This document shows, piece by piece, positions 54,302 to 63,452 of a DNA stretch of 64,000 nt (its first letter is position 1; the number at the start of each line of letters is the position of its first letter). The stretch is from positions 32,001 to 96,000 of IMG/VR virus record IMGVR_UViG_3300030090_005562; one strand, written 5' to 3'. Under the pieces are notes generated by a model. It was not told the origin of the DNA and did not search any database. It worked only from the letters and a program-made list of their open reading frames with translations. Made by a program: the position numbers and the translations under genes. The DNA is from a virus.

Positions 54302-55111
54302 TTACGACTCTTTTTTATTGCCAGTGCCACTTAAAACTTCGTTAAAGTATTGATTCAAGCTAGCCACAATTTGCTCGCTCTCCTCTTCATTGGTAGCGGC
54401 AAGTGCTGCTGCCTCTGCTTCTACTTCAACGTTATCTAAGATTTCTGCATCCTCTGCCTCTTCGGCAAACTCTGCATAATCTTCGGAATCAGCCTTTGCT
54501 TCCTTCTTCTCTGCCATTTTTTTATAATGGCTAGGTGCCTCGGCCTTTTTCTCATCGCCTTTGTGTCCAGCCTTCTTGTAATGCATGGGTGCATCAGCTT
54601 TCTTCTCCTCATCCTTCTTTTTATGCATGGGAGCTTCAGCCTTCTCTTTGTCTTCCTTCTTCTTCTTTTCATCTTTGTCATGAAAAGGAGCTTCGGAAAG
54701 CTTCAGAACAAGAGCGTCAAACTGCTCATCGGTAATACCAGCGAAAGTTTCAACCAAAGATTCAGCTTCAGTTTTTTCTACGCCGCTATCAACAAGAGCG
54801 CTAATACGACTGGTTTTCAAGCTTTCAGCTTCAATAGCATCAAGCTTTTCTGTTAATTCAGAAATCATTTTGTCAGCTTCCGCTTTCGCGGTAGAAACCT
54901 CATCATAAGCCTTCTTAGACTCCGTGAGAGTTTCACTGACAGCTTCAATTTTGGAGCTAAGTTCAGAAATTTCCGCGTCTTTGCCAGCACATGCTGCCTC
55001 AAACTCGGAGATTTGAGCCTGCACCTTCTCTTCATCCAAAGCTTTAAGTCGAGCTTCAAGTGTTTCAACCTGAGCCTTCAAAGCTTGGACTTGCTCATTG
55101 TTATCTGACAT
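54302..55111 (-). CDS. Nested in-frame scaffold protein (internal start)
   Basis: AAGGAG 8 nt upstream of the in-frame ATG 55111 (MSDNNEQVQ), at the start of the coiled coil. Confidence 0.6.
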   Translation of the reverse strand: MSDNNEQVQALKAQVETLEARLKALDEEKVQAQISEFEAACAGKDAEISELSSKIEAVSETLTESKKAYDEVSTAKAEADKMISELTEKLDAIEAESLKTSRISALVDSGVEKTEAESLVETFAGITDEQFDALVLKLSEAPFHDKDEKKKKEDKEKAEAPMHKKKDEEKKADAPMHYKKAGHKGDEKKAEAPSHYKKMAEKKEAKADSEDYAEFAEEAEDAEILDNVEVEAEAAALAATNEEESEQIVASLNQYFNEVLSGTGNKKES

Positions 55112-55975
55112 TGAGCTTTCTCCTTTACTACTAGTAACTAGTGCATTGAAATTTGGTTGTGACGTAGCCACACCTTTAAAAATCTCATTATCTTCTCGCT
55201 TGAAAATAATAGACTCAGGATTGCCTGGATTTTCAACCAACCCTTTTCCACTAAAAGTCATATTCCTCATAAGTCTGCCAACCCTGCTGCCTTCATATTC
55301 ACCAGCTCCGCCATAAGAGCGAAGATGCTTGCTCAGGAAAGCTGTGTCTTCATTTCTGTTGACAATAGTTTGCTCTCCGCTAGCAGTCATTAAAGCATAG
55401 TCGAAATTTGAAAATAAAGCCTCCATTGAAACAAACCACTTTCCTTCTAAAATTTCTTGCAAAAGAGCTTTGGTAGCTAAACTCAATTTTTCATCTTTAC
55501 TAGATATGTGCTTATAAATAACAGCACTAGTCAAGATATGAAACTTATCTGGAAGTGAATCAACTTCTGACTCTTCTCTAACTAGCTCATAGTTGTCATC
55601 AACTACAGCATTCCCAGTTATATGTCCAATGATAACATTGGGGTCATGCCCTTTATTAAAGGGCTTGTCCTCAGCAGTGCTTCTCGCAGACCATGTTTCG
55701 TAACTGTCAAAAACATCATCATTTCTATTCCATCCTGTAGTTGCTAGTATGGAATATATATATTCTAAATCAAACTGCTGTTGATTAGCTGCTTTGGATT
55801 GGTAGAATGAATCTACATCTTTAATCTTTGTTTGTTCTAACGCAGCAGCTGAAATTATATTTTTATCAGTAAATATTGGACAATAAGCCGCAACGGACCT
55901 ATTCTCATCAGCTTGTATGGCTTCGGATAATCCAGCCTCAGCCTCAGCTTTATATACCGGTATTTCTCTGTACAT
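54302..55975 (-). CDS. Prohead protease-scaffold fusion
   Basis: GWNRNDDVF, KPFNKGH...IIGHI, VSME, FSGKGLVENP; acidic coiled-coil C-terminal half. Confidence 0.8.
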   Translation of the reverse strand: MYREIPVYKAEAEAGLSEAIQADENRSVAAYCPIFTDKNIISAAALEQTKIKDVDSFYQSKAANQQQFDLEYIYSILATTGWNRNDDVFDSYETWSARSTAEDKPFNKGHDPNVIIGHITGNAVVDDNYELVREESEVDSLPDKFHILTSAVIYKHISSKDEKLSLATKALLQEILEGKWFVSMEALFSNFDYALMTASGEQTIVNRNEDTAFLSKHLRSYGGAGEYEGSRVGRLMRNMTFSGKGLVENPGNPESIIFKREDNEIFKGVATSQPNFNALVTSSKGESSMSDNNEQVQALKAQVETLEARLKALDEEKVQAQISEFEAACAGKDAEISELSSKIEAVSETLTESKKAYDEVSTAKAEADKMISELTEKLDAIEAESLKTSRISALVDSGVEKTEAESLVETFAGITDEQFDALVLKLSEAPFHDKDEKKKKEDKEKAEAPMHKKKDEEKKADAPMHYKKAGHKGDEKKAEAPSHYKKMAEKKEAKADSEDYAEFAEEAEDAEILDNVEVEAEAAALAATNEEESEQIVASLNQYFNEVLSGTGNKKES

Positions 55976-56013
55976 ATTTTATATATCTCTGTTTTCAAAG
56001 ATGCTTACAAATT

Positions 56014-56022
56014 TATACACCA
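56014..56022 (-). promoter_or_regulatory. Putative late promoter TGGTGTATA
   Basis: Intergenic, upstream of the protease-decoration-MCP operon. Confidence 0.75.
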
Positions 56023-56042
56023 TTTTTAAAAATAGGATAAAA

Positions 56043-58217
56043 TTAGACGCATAACGCATAGGCTGCAGCCTGTATACTTCTAATTTCCTCTAAGGAAGGC
56101 TGTCTTTTTACGTTCTTTACATGGTGCGAAAGAAGAGAATTGTAGCATTTAAGTATGTGGGATGAAATCTGGGGATTACTAGAAACTGTGTCAGATACGG
56201 TCTTTTGGGTTATAGGCGAGTTTTTTGGAAGAGAACAAAGGACTTTAAATTTCACAGATTCAAATGATGTAGCCTGCTCCGCAGATAAACTCCTTAGGTT
56301 TTTCTTCCCGTAATGCTTTAATATTCCAGGGGATAGTATTGATGATATTGAGGACTGATGACTTCTAGCCAAAGCCATATTGTTTAAGAACTCGCTAACA
56401 TCACCCGCTATTGTGGCAGAGGTTCTTGGTTTAAAAGAACGGTCTCTAACTATAGATGGGTCATCTTTAGTGTTTTTAGGGCGACCTTCACCAGGGACGC
56501 CAATCTCCTTATCGTCTACTTGTGGATTTACGGTGTTCATAGGCTCTGCATTCTCAGGCTCGGCCTTTTCTTCAACTTCAATTCCAGCGTCATCTGGTTC
56601 TATGAGGCCTTTTGATAATGCTATTTTAACCAGTTCATGTATTTTGTCTTTCGAGTAAGGACCAAGCTTTTCAACTCTTCTTCCAGAGTCTCTTTCTCTT
56701 TTCTCTCTTTTCTTTCTGCTGTTTTCTAATTCAGGTATCGCACCAAACATCTCTATAACCATTTCTTCGCTAACTAAGTTTCTGTCTAGCAGTTGAATAA
56801 GCAATGCTTTTTCTGCCGCTTCGTCTTTTAAAATCATGTGGTCAAACTGAATTGACGGAGCTTTGCCCCATCCCATTGCTTTTGTAAGAAGCTCTAGCTC
56901 TTGTTGCCAAAATTTAGTGACTTGCTGTCTTCCATACTCAAGCCTCTGAACAAGCGTTTGTAAAGATATAAAATTATTAGTCGCCCCAGAAGACCTTGAA
57001 GAGCCTGTTAATGTAGGGGGAACACCAAGGCCGCTAAATATATTGTCAAGAATGGGCTCGTATTTCGTAGAGCCAAGAAAGTTGTGTACGGATGTAGTAA
57101 CCTCCTCAAAGCTCAATTCAGGACCCCATATTAAATCAAAAGCGCCTCCTCCAGGATTGCTAAGCAGAATGTCTGCGAGCTTTTGTATAGCGGCGTCTGT
57201 TGGAAGTATTCCCTTGTCTAGGTCTCCAAGCCTCCATACTCTAATCTGAGATATTGCGCCGTCTAGTGCGGCTAAATCTGCAAGCTTCATCTTTTCTAAA
57301 ACTGATAGGTCGTCAAGAATTGACTCAAGCATTGGAGACGCCCAAGCGTCCCAATCGTCTTTTTTGTAGCTGTACGAACTAATTTTAGAATTGTCTAGAG
57401 GAAGAACATTAACCCCTTTTCTGACAGCCTCTACAAGCTCTGCTGGAAGTTTTTCAACAAGAGTTTTCTCCATTTCATTTTTAGGAGATGTAATCTTCAT
57501 TCTAAGCCTACCTGTAATTTTTAATCCGTAGGCTTGTGTGCCAGCAAACTGCGCAAGCTCTCCTCCAGCAATTTCAAGGGTTAAAGGATTAAGGAAAGAA
57601 TAACCGCATGGTATAACTCTTTTTCTTGGCTTGAGCGGTTCCTCTGGTGTATGAGTCGGCTCTAAAATTGTATCAGCCATCGCAAGTCGTCTTTCCTCAG
57701 TGATAGACATCTTAGCCATTTGTCTTTGCGATACAACCGTGCCAATTCTATATAAATAATTCAAAAATCTTTCTGTAACTCTAACACCATCTACTTTGTG
57801 ATTGAACCATCTCTGCGCAAATCTTTGTATTCTTTTATTTTCGTGAGAGACCCTAACTCCTTGACATCCAAAGTCTGCCATTAAATCTATTACATTTCTA
57901 ACAATACCAACTTTTTTGTAGGCTGTATTACAGGCGCCCATTATAGCTTTAGCCCTAGCGGGACGAGCCTCAGAGTCTCTGTATGCGTCATAGTCGCTTC
58001 TAGAAAACTCATTCCTTACAGATATATTTTTGCTAATATCTTCAAATCTATCCCTAGCGCCAGAGTTTCCAACAGCTTGATACAAATCCAGGGCTCTAGC
58101 ATTATGCATGGCATTTGCTGCTTCTTCAGGATTATTTGGGTCAAAAGTGACAAACGCAACCCCATTGTTGCTTTCTGGAATTTTATTAGTTTTTATAGGG
58201 TCTTTTCGCTGAGCCAT
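56043..58217 (-). CDS. Portal protein
   Basis: Between TerL and protease; VGIVRNVIDLMADF, YKKDDW..WA.P, GLGVPPTL; C-terminal GRP extension. Confidence 0.85.
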   Translation of the reverse strand: MAQRKDPIKTNKIPESNNGVAFVTFDPNNPEEAANAMHNARALDLYQAVGNSGARDRFEDISKNISVRNEFSRSDYDAYRDSEARPARAKAIMGACNTAYKKVGIVRNVIDLMADFGCQGVRVSHENKRIQRFAQRWFNHKVDGVRVTERFLNYLYRIGTVVSQRQMAKMSITEERRLAMADTILEPTHTPEEPLKPRKRVIPCGYSFLNPLTLEIAGGELAQFAGTQAYGLKITGRLRMKITSPKNEMEKTLVEKLPAELVEAVRKGVNVLPLDNSKISSYSYKKDDWDAWASPMLESILDDLSVLEKMKLADLAALDGAISQIRVWRLGDLDKGILPTDAAIQKLADILLSNPGGGAFDLIWGPELSFEEVTTSVHNFLGSTKYEPILDNIFSGLGVPPTLTGSSRSSGATNNFISLQTLVQRLEYGRQQVTKFWQQELELLTKAMGWGKAPSIQFDHMILKDEAAEKALLIQLLDRNLVSEEMVIEMFGAIPELENSRKKREKRERDSGRRVEKLGPYSKDKIHELVKIALSKGLIEPDDAGIEVEEKAEPENAEPMNTVNPQVDDKEIGVPGEGRPKNTKDDPSIVRDRSFKPRTSATIAGDVSEFLNNMALARSHQSSISSILSPGILKHYGKKNLRSLSAEQATSFESVKFKVLCSLPKNSPITQKTVSDTVSSNPQISSHILKCYNSLLSHHVKNVKRQPSLEEIRSIQAAAYALCV

Positions 58218-58269
58218 TTTTATGTTCTTTCATTAGTATTGGTATTTGATTGGTAATACTATTGTATGT

Positions 58270-58278
58270 TATACACCA
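58270..58278 (-). promoter_or_regulatory. Putative late promoter TGGTGTATA
   Basis: Immediately after the TerL stop, upstream of portal. Confidence 0.75.
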
Positions 58279-60324
58279 TTATTTTCTTCTTACCCCAATC
58301 CCGTATATCCCAGACATTTTTTTAATTAAATGCTCTGGTCCTGTATAAAGTTGCCCCTTTTTTGCGCCTCTGTCTTGATTCGCATACCCTCCGACAAACT
58401 TGTGTTCTTGGCCAGAAAGCTGGTTATGTAAAGTATGCGCAACCTCATTTGCCATGAGCAGTGACGAGTATCTATCTTTTCGGAGCCTTCCCTTTTTCCC
58501 TCCGGCCTCTACAGTCTGAGGGGTGTCCCATTTATCTCTACCGGTTGAGGTTTGAGTGTGTTCTATAGTCGCCAATTCGTCTTTCAAAGATTCTATTTCC
58601 ATAACGCAATCTTCTAGAGTATCATAATGCCTGTTAGATAATTTGTCTTGGATTATTGCTTCTGAAAGCAGAACGGTATCAAATTTAGGGAATAGTAAAC
58701 AGTTCGTTTCAAAGTCTTTTCTTAAATTGTGGTTTGCTTTAAATGTAAACTCAGATTTAGCAAATTGAATCATGTGCAATATGTGCAAACCAGCTTCGCC
58801 ATCTGTAGGTTTATTTGAAGATTCCCAGTAAAAACCGTCTTTTTCATCATGCTTTACATATGGCCAAAGAGGCTGTTCTCCGTCTTTCAGAAGATTCTTG
58901 TCGTGCAAAGCTTCCATGATTGCTATTCCGCCGCCCTGAGCATCAATGGCTATGTTATTTGTTGGAAATACTTTGGTTAAATCTAGTATTTTTCGAGCGC
59001 AGTAATTATAAAAACTTTCAAGCGTAGAGTCTTTTTTAGTTTTTATTCTTTCTCTCATCACCTGTCGGCTGCAAGTCCAGACGTAAACTATTCTTCTGTG
59101 TGATTCATTTTGTTCTAGGATAACTATAGAAAAATTATCTGTTTCTGATGCGGGGTCAACACCATATATGTATTTTTTATTTGGATTGCCCGTAAGCATG
59201 GCGTCAAATTGAACCTCATCTCCTGACGGTAAAGCTACCACTTCGTTTGTTACACATCTTTCTATTAGGCTTCTCTTAAAGAAACCCTCCGAGTCTTTTG
59301 CAAAACATGCCTCATATTCCATTTCATACCTTGATGAATGTAGCATAGCTTTGGCTTGTGCTAATTGAGATTTATCCATAAACCCATCAGGCAATAATCC
59401 TTCGGGTATTCTCATAACTGAGTATTGTTTCCAGTCAAAGCCATCTGGTATTTGACCTTTAAATACCTTTTCTTCTAAATATTTCTCGTCTCCCCTGCTT
59501 TTGACTATTTCCCTTTGTCTTGTGAAATATTCATAAAAATGATTAAAAGCATAATATGCAGTTCCAGCTATAATAGTTTGGTTTCCAAAGCCCATTTCAT
59601 CTTCAATTTCTTCGGCCTGAGAATACATACCTAATTCTTTAAGCTTTTGTATTTGAGCGTATTCCTTTACTCTGTCTGCTGGATTTGCTGACACCGCACC
59701 AAAACCCTTAATAACAACTTCAAAAATTTCCTGCGGAATAGATGCAAATTCGTCAGCTATAATATAGTTTGCGCGAAGACCACGAATCTTAGAGCCATCA
59801 CCAAGAGGTATTGCAATTATTTCGCTTTTTCCAACGTAAAATGTACATCGGTCTATATCTCTCTTTGGGCCCTGGCCTTTGCCCGCACCAACCATATTTG
59901 CAAATACAGGAGAATTTTTATAAAATGTCTCCATGTATTCAAACAAAAGTTTTGACTGCCTGAAAGCCGCACCAATTACGATAATTTTACAGCCTTGCAT
60001 AAAAAACGCTCTAAGTAAAGAGTACAGCGCAAGAATCCAAGTTTTACCTGCTCCGCGAGTGGCTATTAACATTGGGAATTTTCTATTCCATAGCTCTTCA
60101 AGTATACACAATTGAAATGGTAAAAGGTCAACATTAAGTAGATATTTGCATGTGAACCAAAAGTTTTCTGGCTTAGACATGAAGTCTAAGTATTCCATGA
60201 TAGGGTTATCATAGTCATGCTCTGGATTAATGAGTTTATTTTTAACATTGACGTTTTGAACATCGCCAAGGTTTAAATGCGCATGTCTTAAAAGATTTTC
60301 TATGTGTTCTTTACTTGTGTCCAT
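58279..60324 (-). CDS. terL: Terminase large subunit
   Basis: LLPFQ, Walker A ATRGAGKT, Walker B YIIADEF, nuclease GVDPA..TD and KDRYSS; ATG 60324 preferred. Confidence 0.92.
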   Translation of the reverse strand: MDTSKEHIENLLRHAHLNLGDVQNVNVKNKLINPEHDYDNPIMEYLDFMSKPENFWFTCKYLLNVDLLPFQLCILEELWNRKFPMLIATRGAGKTWILALYSLLRAFFMQGCKIIVIGAAFRQSKLLFEYMETFYKNSPVFANMVGAGKGQGPKRDIDRCTFYVGKSEIIAIPLGDGSKIRGLRANYIIADEFASIPQEIFEVVIKGFGAVSANPADRVKEYAQIQKLKELGMYSQAEEIEDEMGFGNQTIIAGTAYYAFNHFYEYFTRQREIVKSRGDEKYLEEKVFKGQIPDGFDWKQYSVMRIPEGLLPDGFMDKSQLAQAKAMLHSSRYEMEYEACFAKDSEGFFKRSLIERCVTNEVVALPSGDEVQFDAMLTGNPNKKYIYGVDPASETDNFSIVILEQNESHRRIVYVWTCSRQVMRERIKTKKDSTLESFYNYCARKILDLTKVFPTNNIAIDAQGGGIAIMEALHDKNLLKDGEQPLWPYVKHDEKDGFYWESSNKPTDGEAGLHILHMIQFAKSEFTFKANHNLRKDFETNCLLFPKFDTVLLSEAIIQDKLSNRHYDTLEDCVMEIESLKDELATIEHTQTSTGRDKWDTPQTVEAGGKKGRLRKDRYSSLLMANEVAHTLHNQLSGQEHKFVGGYANQDRGAKKGQLYTGPEHLIKKMSGIYGIGVRRK

Positions 60325-60799
60325 ATTTTTGTTGAGACTCCATAAACCTCTTAAATATACTAGAACAAACTTCTTTAGCGTACTTGCCACAAAAGATAAA
60401 TGGAACGTCGTATTTCTTTTGAAATTCTAGTATTCTCTTTAGGAAGAATGGTCCTCTCACTTTCATGTATTTTCTCTTATAGGCGGGTATTTTACTTCCT
60501 TTAGGAAATTCAACCACATCTTTCATTTCAAACTCTAACAATACATATCTCCATGGAAACTCTATCATTCTCTCAAGCTCTCTCTCAAACCTTGGTTGTG
60601 TTATGTTTGTTGCTAGCTCTGATACATTTCCTTTTCTCTCTATACATATATGATTTTCGTATCCGTATAAAGTATAATCCCCAGTCTTTATGGTTTGCTC
60701 CTCTGTTCCGGCGCAATATCCAGACTGTGCAAATTCCCAGCCGTCTTTTTCTCTGGTATCCCTATAAACTAAATAAGGGTCGTATTTTTCTTTGGACAT
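60311..60799 (-). CDS. ERCC4-domain nuclease
   Basis: RDTREK, KTGDY, CIERK...EL, RF.RELERM. Confidence 0.85.
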   Translation of the reverse strand: MSKEKYDPYLVYRDTREKDGWEFAQSGYCAGTEEQTIKTGDYTLYGYENHICIERKGNVSELATNITQPRFERELERMIEFPWRYVLLEFEMKDVVEFPKGSKIPAYKRKYMKVRGPFFLKRILEFQKKYDVPFIFCGKYAKEVCSSIFKRFMESQQKYGHK

Positions 60800-61836
60800 G
60801 ATTCGTTTATGTCATGCTCTACCATTCTTTTAACCATTTCATTGAAGGGAGTTTCTACAGTCCATCCAATCTCATTTTTTGCCTTATTGGCGTCTCCATG
60901 TAAAAACTCTACCTCCGCAGGTCTATAAAATTTGGGGTCAACAACTACTAAGTTTTCCCATTCTTTTATGCCTATAAAGTCAAAAGCTATTCTAACAAAA
61001 TCCCTAACGGTTCTGCTAGTTCCGGTAGCTATAACATAATCCTCTGCTTGTTCTTGTTGTAACATCATCCACATCGCCTTAACGTAATCAGGCGCATAGC
61101 CCCAATCTCTGGCCGCATCCAAATTTCCTAATCGCAGTTTTGGAAAGCTTTCCTCTGGGTTCATTACAGAAAGTATGTTGTCTGGGTCAGAGACTGCATC
61201 GAATGGCTTGTTCTCGCTAGCCATCCAGTTTCTAAATTCAGCTACCCATTTCGTAATCTTTCTGCTCACAAACTTCTCTCCTCTTCTCTCGCTCTCATGA
61301 TTGAATAAAATACCACTGCAAGCATACATTCCATAAGCCTCTCTGTAGATTCTTACTTTGTGGTGTGAAGCAAGTTTTGCTATGGCGTATGGAGACTGAG
61401 GCTCAAATGGCGTGCTTTCTCTTTGATAGCCATCTGGGTCAACAGAGCTTCCAAACATTTCAGATGTGCTTGCCTGATAAAATTTAGCCTTAAAAGAGTG
61501 TCTTCTGACTGACTCAAGTATATTTAGTGGGCCTTCAGCGTCAACCCTCCATGTATGTAGAGGCTCATTGAACGATGTCGCAACATGAGACTGAGCCGCA
61601 AGATTGTAAACTTCGTCAGGCTGAAAGTCATTGATAATCGAAGAAACACTGATAAAATCAGTCACATCGCCTTCGACTAGGCTAAAACCATCATTTTGTT
61701 CTAGGTGTCGTAATCTTCCTGTGTTGTCTATGCTTGCTCTGCGAATAACGCCTAAAACTTTGTATCCTTTTTCTAAAAGAAGTTCGGATAGGTAAGAGCC
61801 GTCTTGTCCTGTAACCCCAAATATAATAGCTTTCAT
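60769..61836 (-). CDS. gmd: GDP-mannose 4,6-dehydratase
   Basis: GVTGQDGSYL, NLAAQSHV, FYQASTSEMFG, SPYAIAKL, GILFNHES, RDWGYA.DYV. Confidence 0.96.
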   Translation of the reverse strand: MKAIIFGVTGQDGSYLSELLLEKGYKVLGVIRRASIDNTGRLRHLEQNDGFSLVEGDVTDFISVSSIINDFQPDEVYNLAAQSHVATSFNEPLHTWRVDAEGPLNILESVRRHSFKAKFYQASTSEMFGSSVDPDGYQRESTPFEPQSPYAIAKLASHHKVRIYREAYGMYACSGILFNHESERRGEKFVSRKITKWVAEFRNWMASENKPFDAVSDPDNILSVMNPEESFPKLRLGNLDAARDWGYAPDYVKAMWMMLQQEQAEDYVIATGTSRTVRDFVRIAFDFIGIKEWENLVVVDPKFYRPAEVEFLHGDANKAKNEIGWTVETPFNEMVKRMVEHDINESCPKKNTTLI

Positions 61837-61838
61837 TG

Positions 61839-62657
61839 TTAATCCTTTTGCTCGTCTTCAAGTTCCGCTTCTGGCGTAAGCCATACTTTGTCAACCTCTC
61901 CATCAGCAAAAACCATATTTTGCTTCATTTGTCCTTCTTTAGTTTTAGATGCCTCATAAACCAAACCGGTCATTCTACCCTCTGTCTCGCGCATCTTTTG
62001 TTCATCCAGTAACTTGATGAGGGCAAATATATTTTTACCCGATTCTTCCACCGTCTTGAGCCTTTCATTTCTCGTGGCCTTCAGGTCTTTAAATTTACCA
62101 TCCTTTGTTTTCTTAATTTCGTTTATCTCTTTTGTGTACGCTTCTGAGGTGCCGCGAAGTTGAACAATGGTGCGAAGTGCATTCGTCATAAAATCAGAGT
62201 CCCTGTCGTCCATGTCTTTTTCTCTCTCCTCGGCCAACAAACGCTCGTTCTCTTTTATTTCCTCTAATATGTTCTTCTTCTGTTCCAAAGCCCGGTGCAG
62301 CAATATGTCTTCAATTATAACATCCTTCATCATTATCTCGTCAGTCGCAGTTACGCCTTGATGAAAGAATTGGGAATAGAGAGAGGCCCAGCTATTTTCA
62401 AATGTTTCTACCTCCTCATGAAGTAGGCTCTTTTTGATAGTCGTCCAGAAATGCTTAGAATGAAGTTGGGAAACATAGCCCTGTAGCTCTGTGTTTGCGT
62501 TTTCTTGAGGGGCAACAGCCCTTCTTTGGGATATTGCCTCAACGCTTCTATCTAGCTTCTGCGCAATCTGCTCGTCAGTCATGTTGGACAGATTGGAGTC
62601 TATGAAAGATATCTCGTCTTTTCTAAGCCTGCCCGTCTTCATCTTCGCTCCATTCAT
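61839..62657 (-). CDS. HTH/coiled-coil protein, putative terminase small subunit
   Basis: N-terminal HTH (MTDEQIAQKLDRSVEAI), helical body, upstream of TerL; start 62657 or 62642. Confidence 0.45.
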   Translation of the reverse strand: MNGAKMKTGRLRKDEISFIDSNLSNMTDEQIAQKLDRSVEAISQRRAVAPQENANTELQGYVSQLHSKHFWTTIKKSLLHEEVETFENSWASLYSQFFHQGVTATDEIMMKDVIIEDILLHRALEQKKNILEEIKENERLLAEEREKDMDDRDSDFMTNALRTIVQLRGTSEAYTKEINEIKKTKDGKFKDLKATRNERLKTVEESGKNIFALIKLLDEQKMRETEGRMTGLVYEASKTKEGQMKQNMVFADGEVDKVWLTPEAELEDEQKD

Positions 62658-63252
62658 AATGTTCAGACAGAATATTTTTTATTTCCTGCATAAGATTGTC
62701 TCTTTTGTTTTTTGGAAGCTTAACGCCATCAATAAACATTCTGTAATCGGACCTAATCGAAGCTGGAATATGCTCATTTAAAATCTTGATAATGTCTGAT
62801 GATAAAAGCTTTTCGTTGAAATTAGAGACGAATGATGCATCTCTTGTGTGTATTTCGTCAACGTCAAACGGCTCCATCAGACTTCTCTTTGCCATATTTC
62901 TCTGAACCCAGTTTGAGTATTTCTTACAGTCTAGTCTGTTGGCTGAGTCTTCTTTGCATAATTTACAGTCACATAGAGGCGGCTCAATCCTCGTAAGGCT
63001 TTTCCTTCTCATGTTCAGAAACCTCCACCTGACATGAGTTTTTAGAAAAGTCAAAAGCGCGTCCTTTACATCGTCCTGATTTGATTTATTGAAATTGAAT
63101 GACGGTAAGGCCTCGATGCAGAATATAGTGCCCTCCTGCTTCATGTCGTCTATATCAAAATAGCCAAATTTGAAGCTGGGGGCTAAATATGCCACGGCCT
63201 TATCAATAACTTGTAAAACGTCTTCTTCAGTCAGTCCCTTGGGTATTTTCAT
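62623..63252 (-). CDS. Phage RNA polymerase sigma factor (region 2 conserved, region 4 degenerate)
   Basis: DIDDMKQEG..FCIEAL..FN...LLTFL..HVRWRFLN..RK; Cys cluster CDCKLC...C. Confidence 0.75.
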   Translation of the reverse strand: MKIPKGLTEEDVLQVIDKAVAYLAPSFKFGYFDIDDMKQEGTIFCIEALPSFNFNKSNQDDVKDALLTFLKTHVRWRFLNMRRKSLTRIEPPLCDCKLCKEDSANRLDCKKYSNWVQRNMAKRSLMEPFDVDEIHTRDASFVSNFNEKLLSSDIIKILNEHIPASIRSDYRMFIDGVKLPKNKRDNLMQEIKNILSEHYEWSEDEDGQA

Positions 63253-63376
63253 CAATTATTTCTTTGGCAATCGATTTTTCTGGGTCAGGCGTATTAAGCT
63301 CATCCTCAGTTTTTTTCTTGCTTTCTTCGGCCTCTGTTGTGTATAATATCGAAGGGGTAAGTTTTTTATCGGACAT
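63227..63376 (-). CDS. 49-aa acidic ORF absent from the ORF track (MSDKKLTPSILY...ENTQGTD)
   Basis: SD GGAG before the ATG; first ORF after the sigma70 promoter; overlaps the sigma gene start. Confidence 0.5.
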   Translation of the reverse strand: MSDKKLTPSILYTTEAEESKKKTEDELNTPDPEKSIAKEIIDENTQGTD

Positions 63377-63407
63377 ATTTTGTCTCCAAGGAAAAAGTGG
63401 ACATTAT

Positions 63408-63436
63408 ATTATACCCTAAAAATGCGAAAAAGTCAA
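63408..63436 (-). promoter_or_regulatory. Sigma70-type promoter TTGACT-N17-TATAAT
   Basis: Minus strand TTGACT ttttcgcatttttaggg TATAAT in the divergent intergenic region. Confidence 0.85.
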
Positions 63437-63452
63437 TAAAGTGAGGAAAATT

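Noticed and set aside
58279-60324. Intein or intron in terminase (also checked portal and capsid)
   Set aside because: No C...HN splice motifs or LAGLIDADG blocks, and reading frames are uninterrupted.
600-62781. The many short (60-125 aa) ORFs antisense to or out of frame within long genes
   Set aside because: Shadow ORFs fully overlapping well-supported genes, with no SD or recognisable motif; only 50844-51050 was retained, because of its paralogy.
63410-63417. AGGGTATA as another late-promoter copy
   Set aside because: It mismatches TGGTGTATA and is fully explained as the -10 of a sigma70 promoter with TTGACT at 17 nt.
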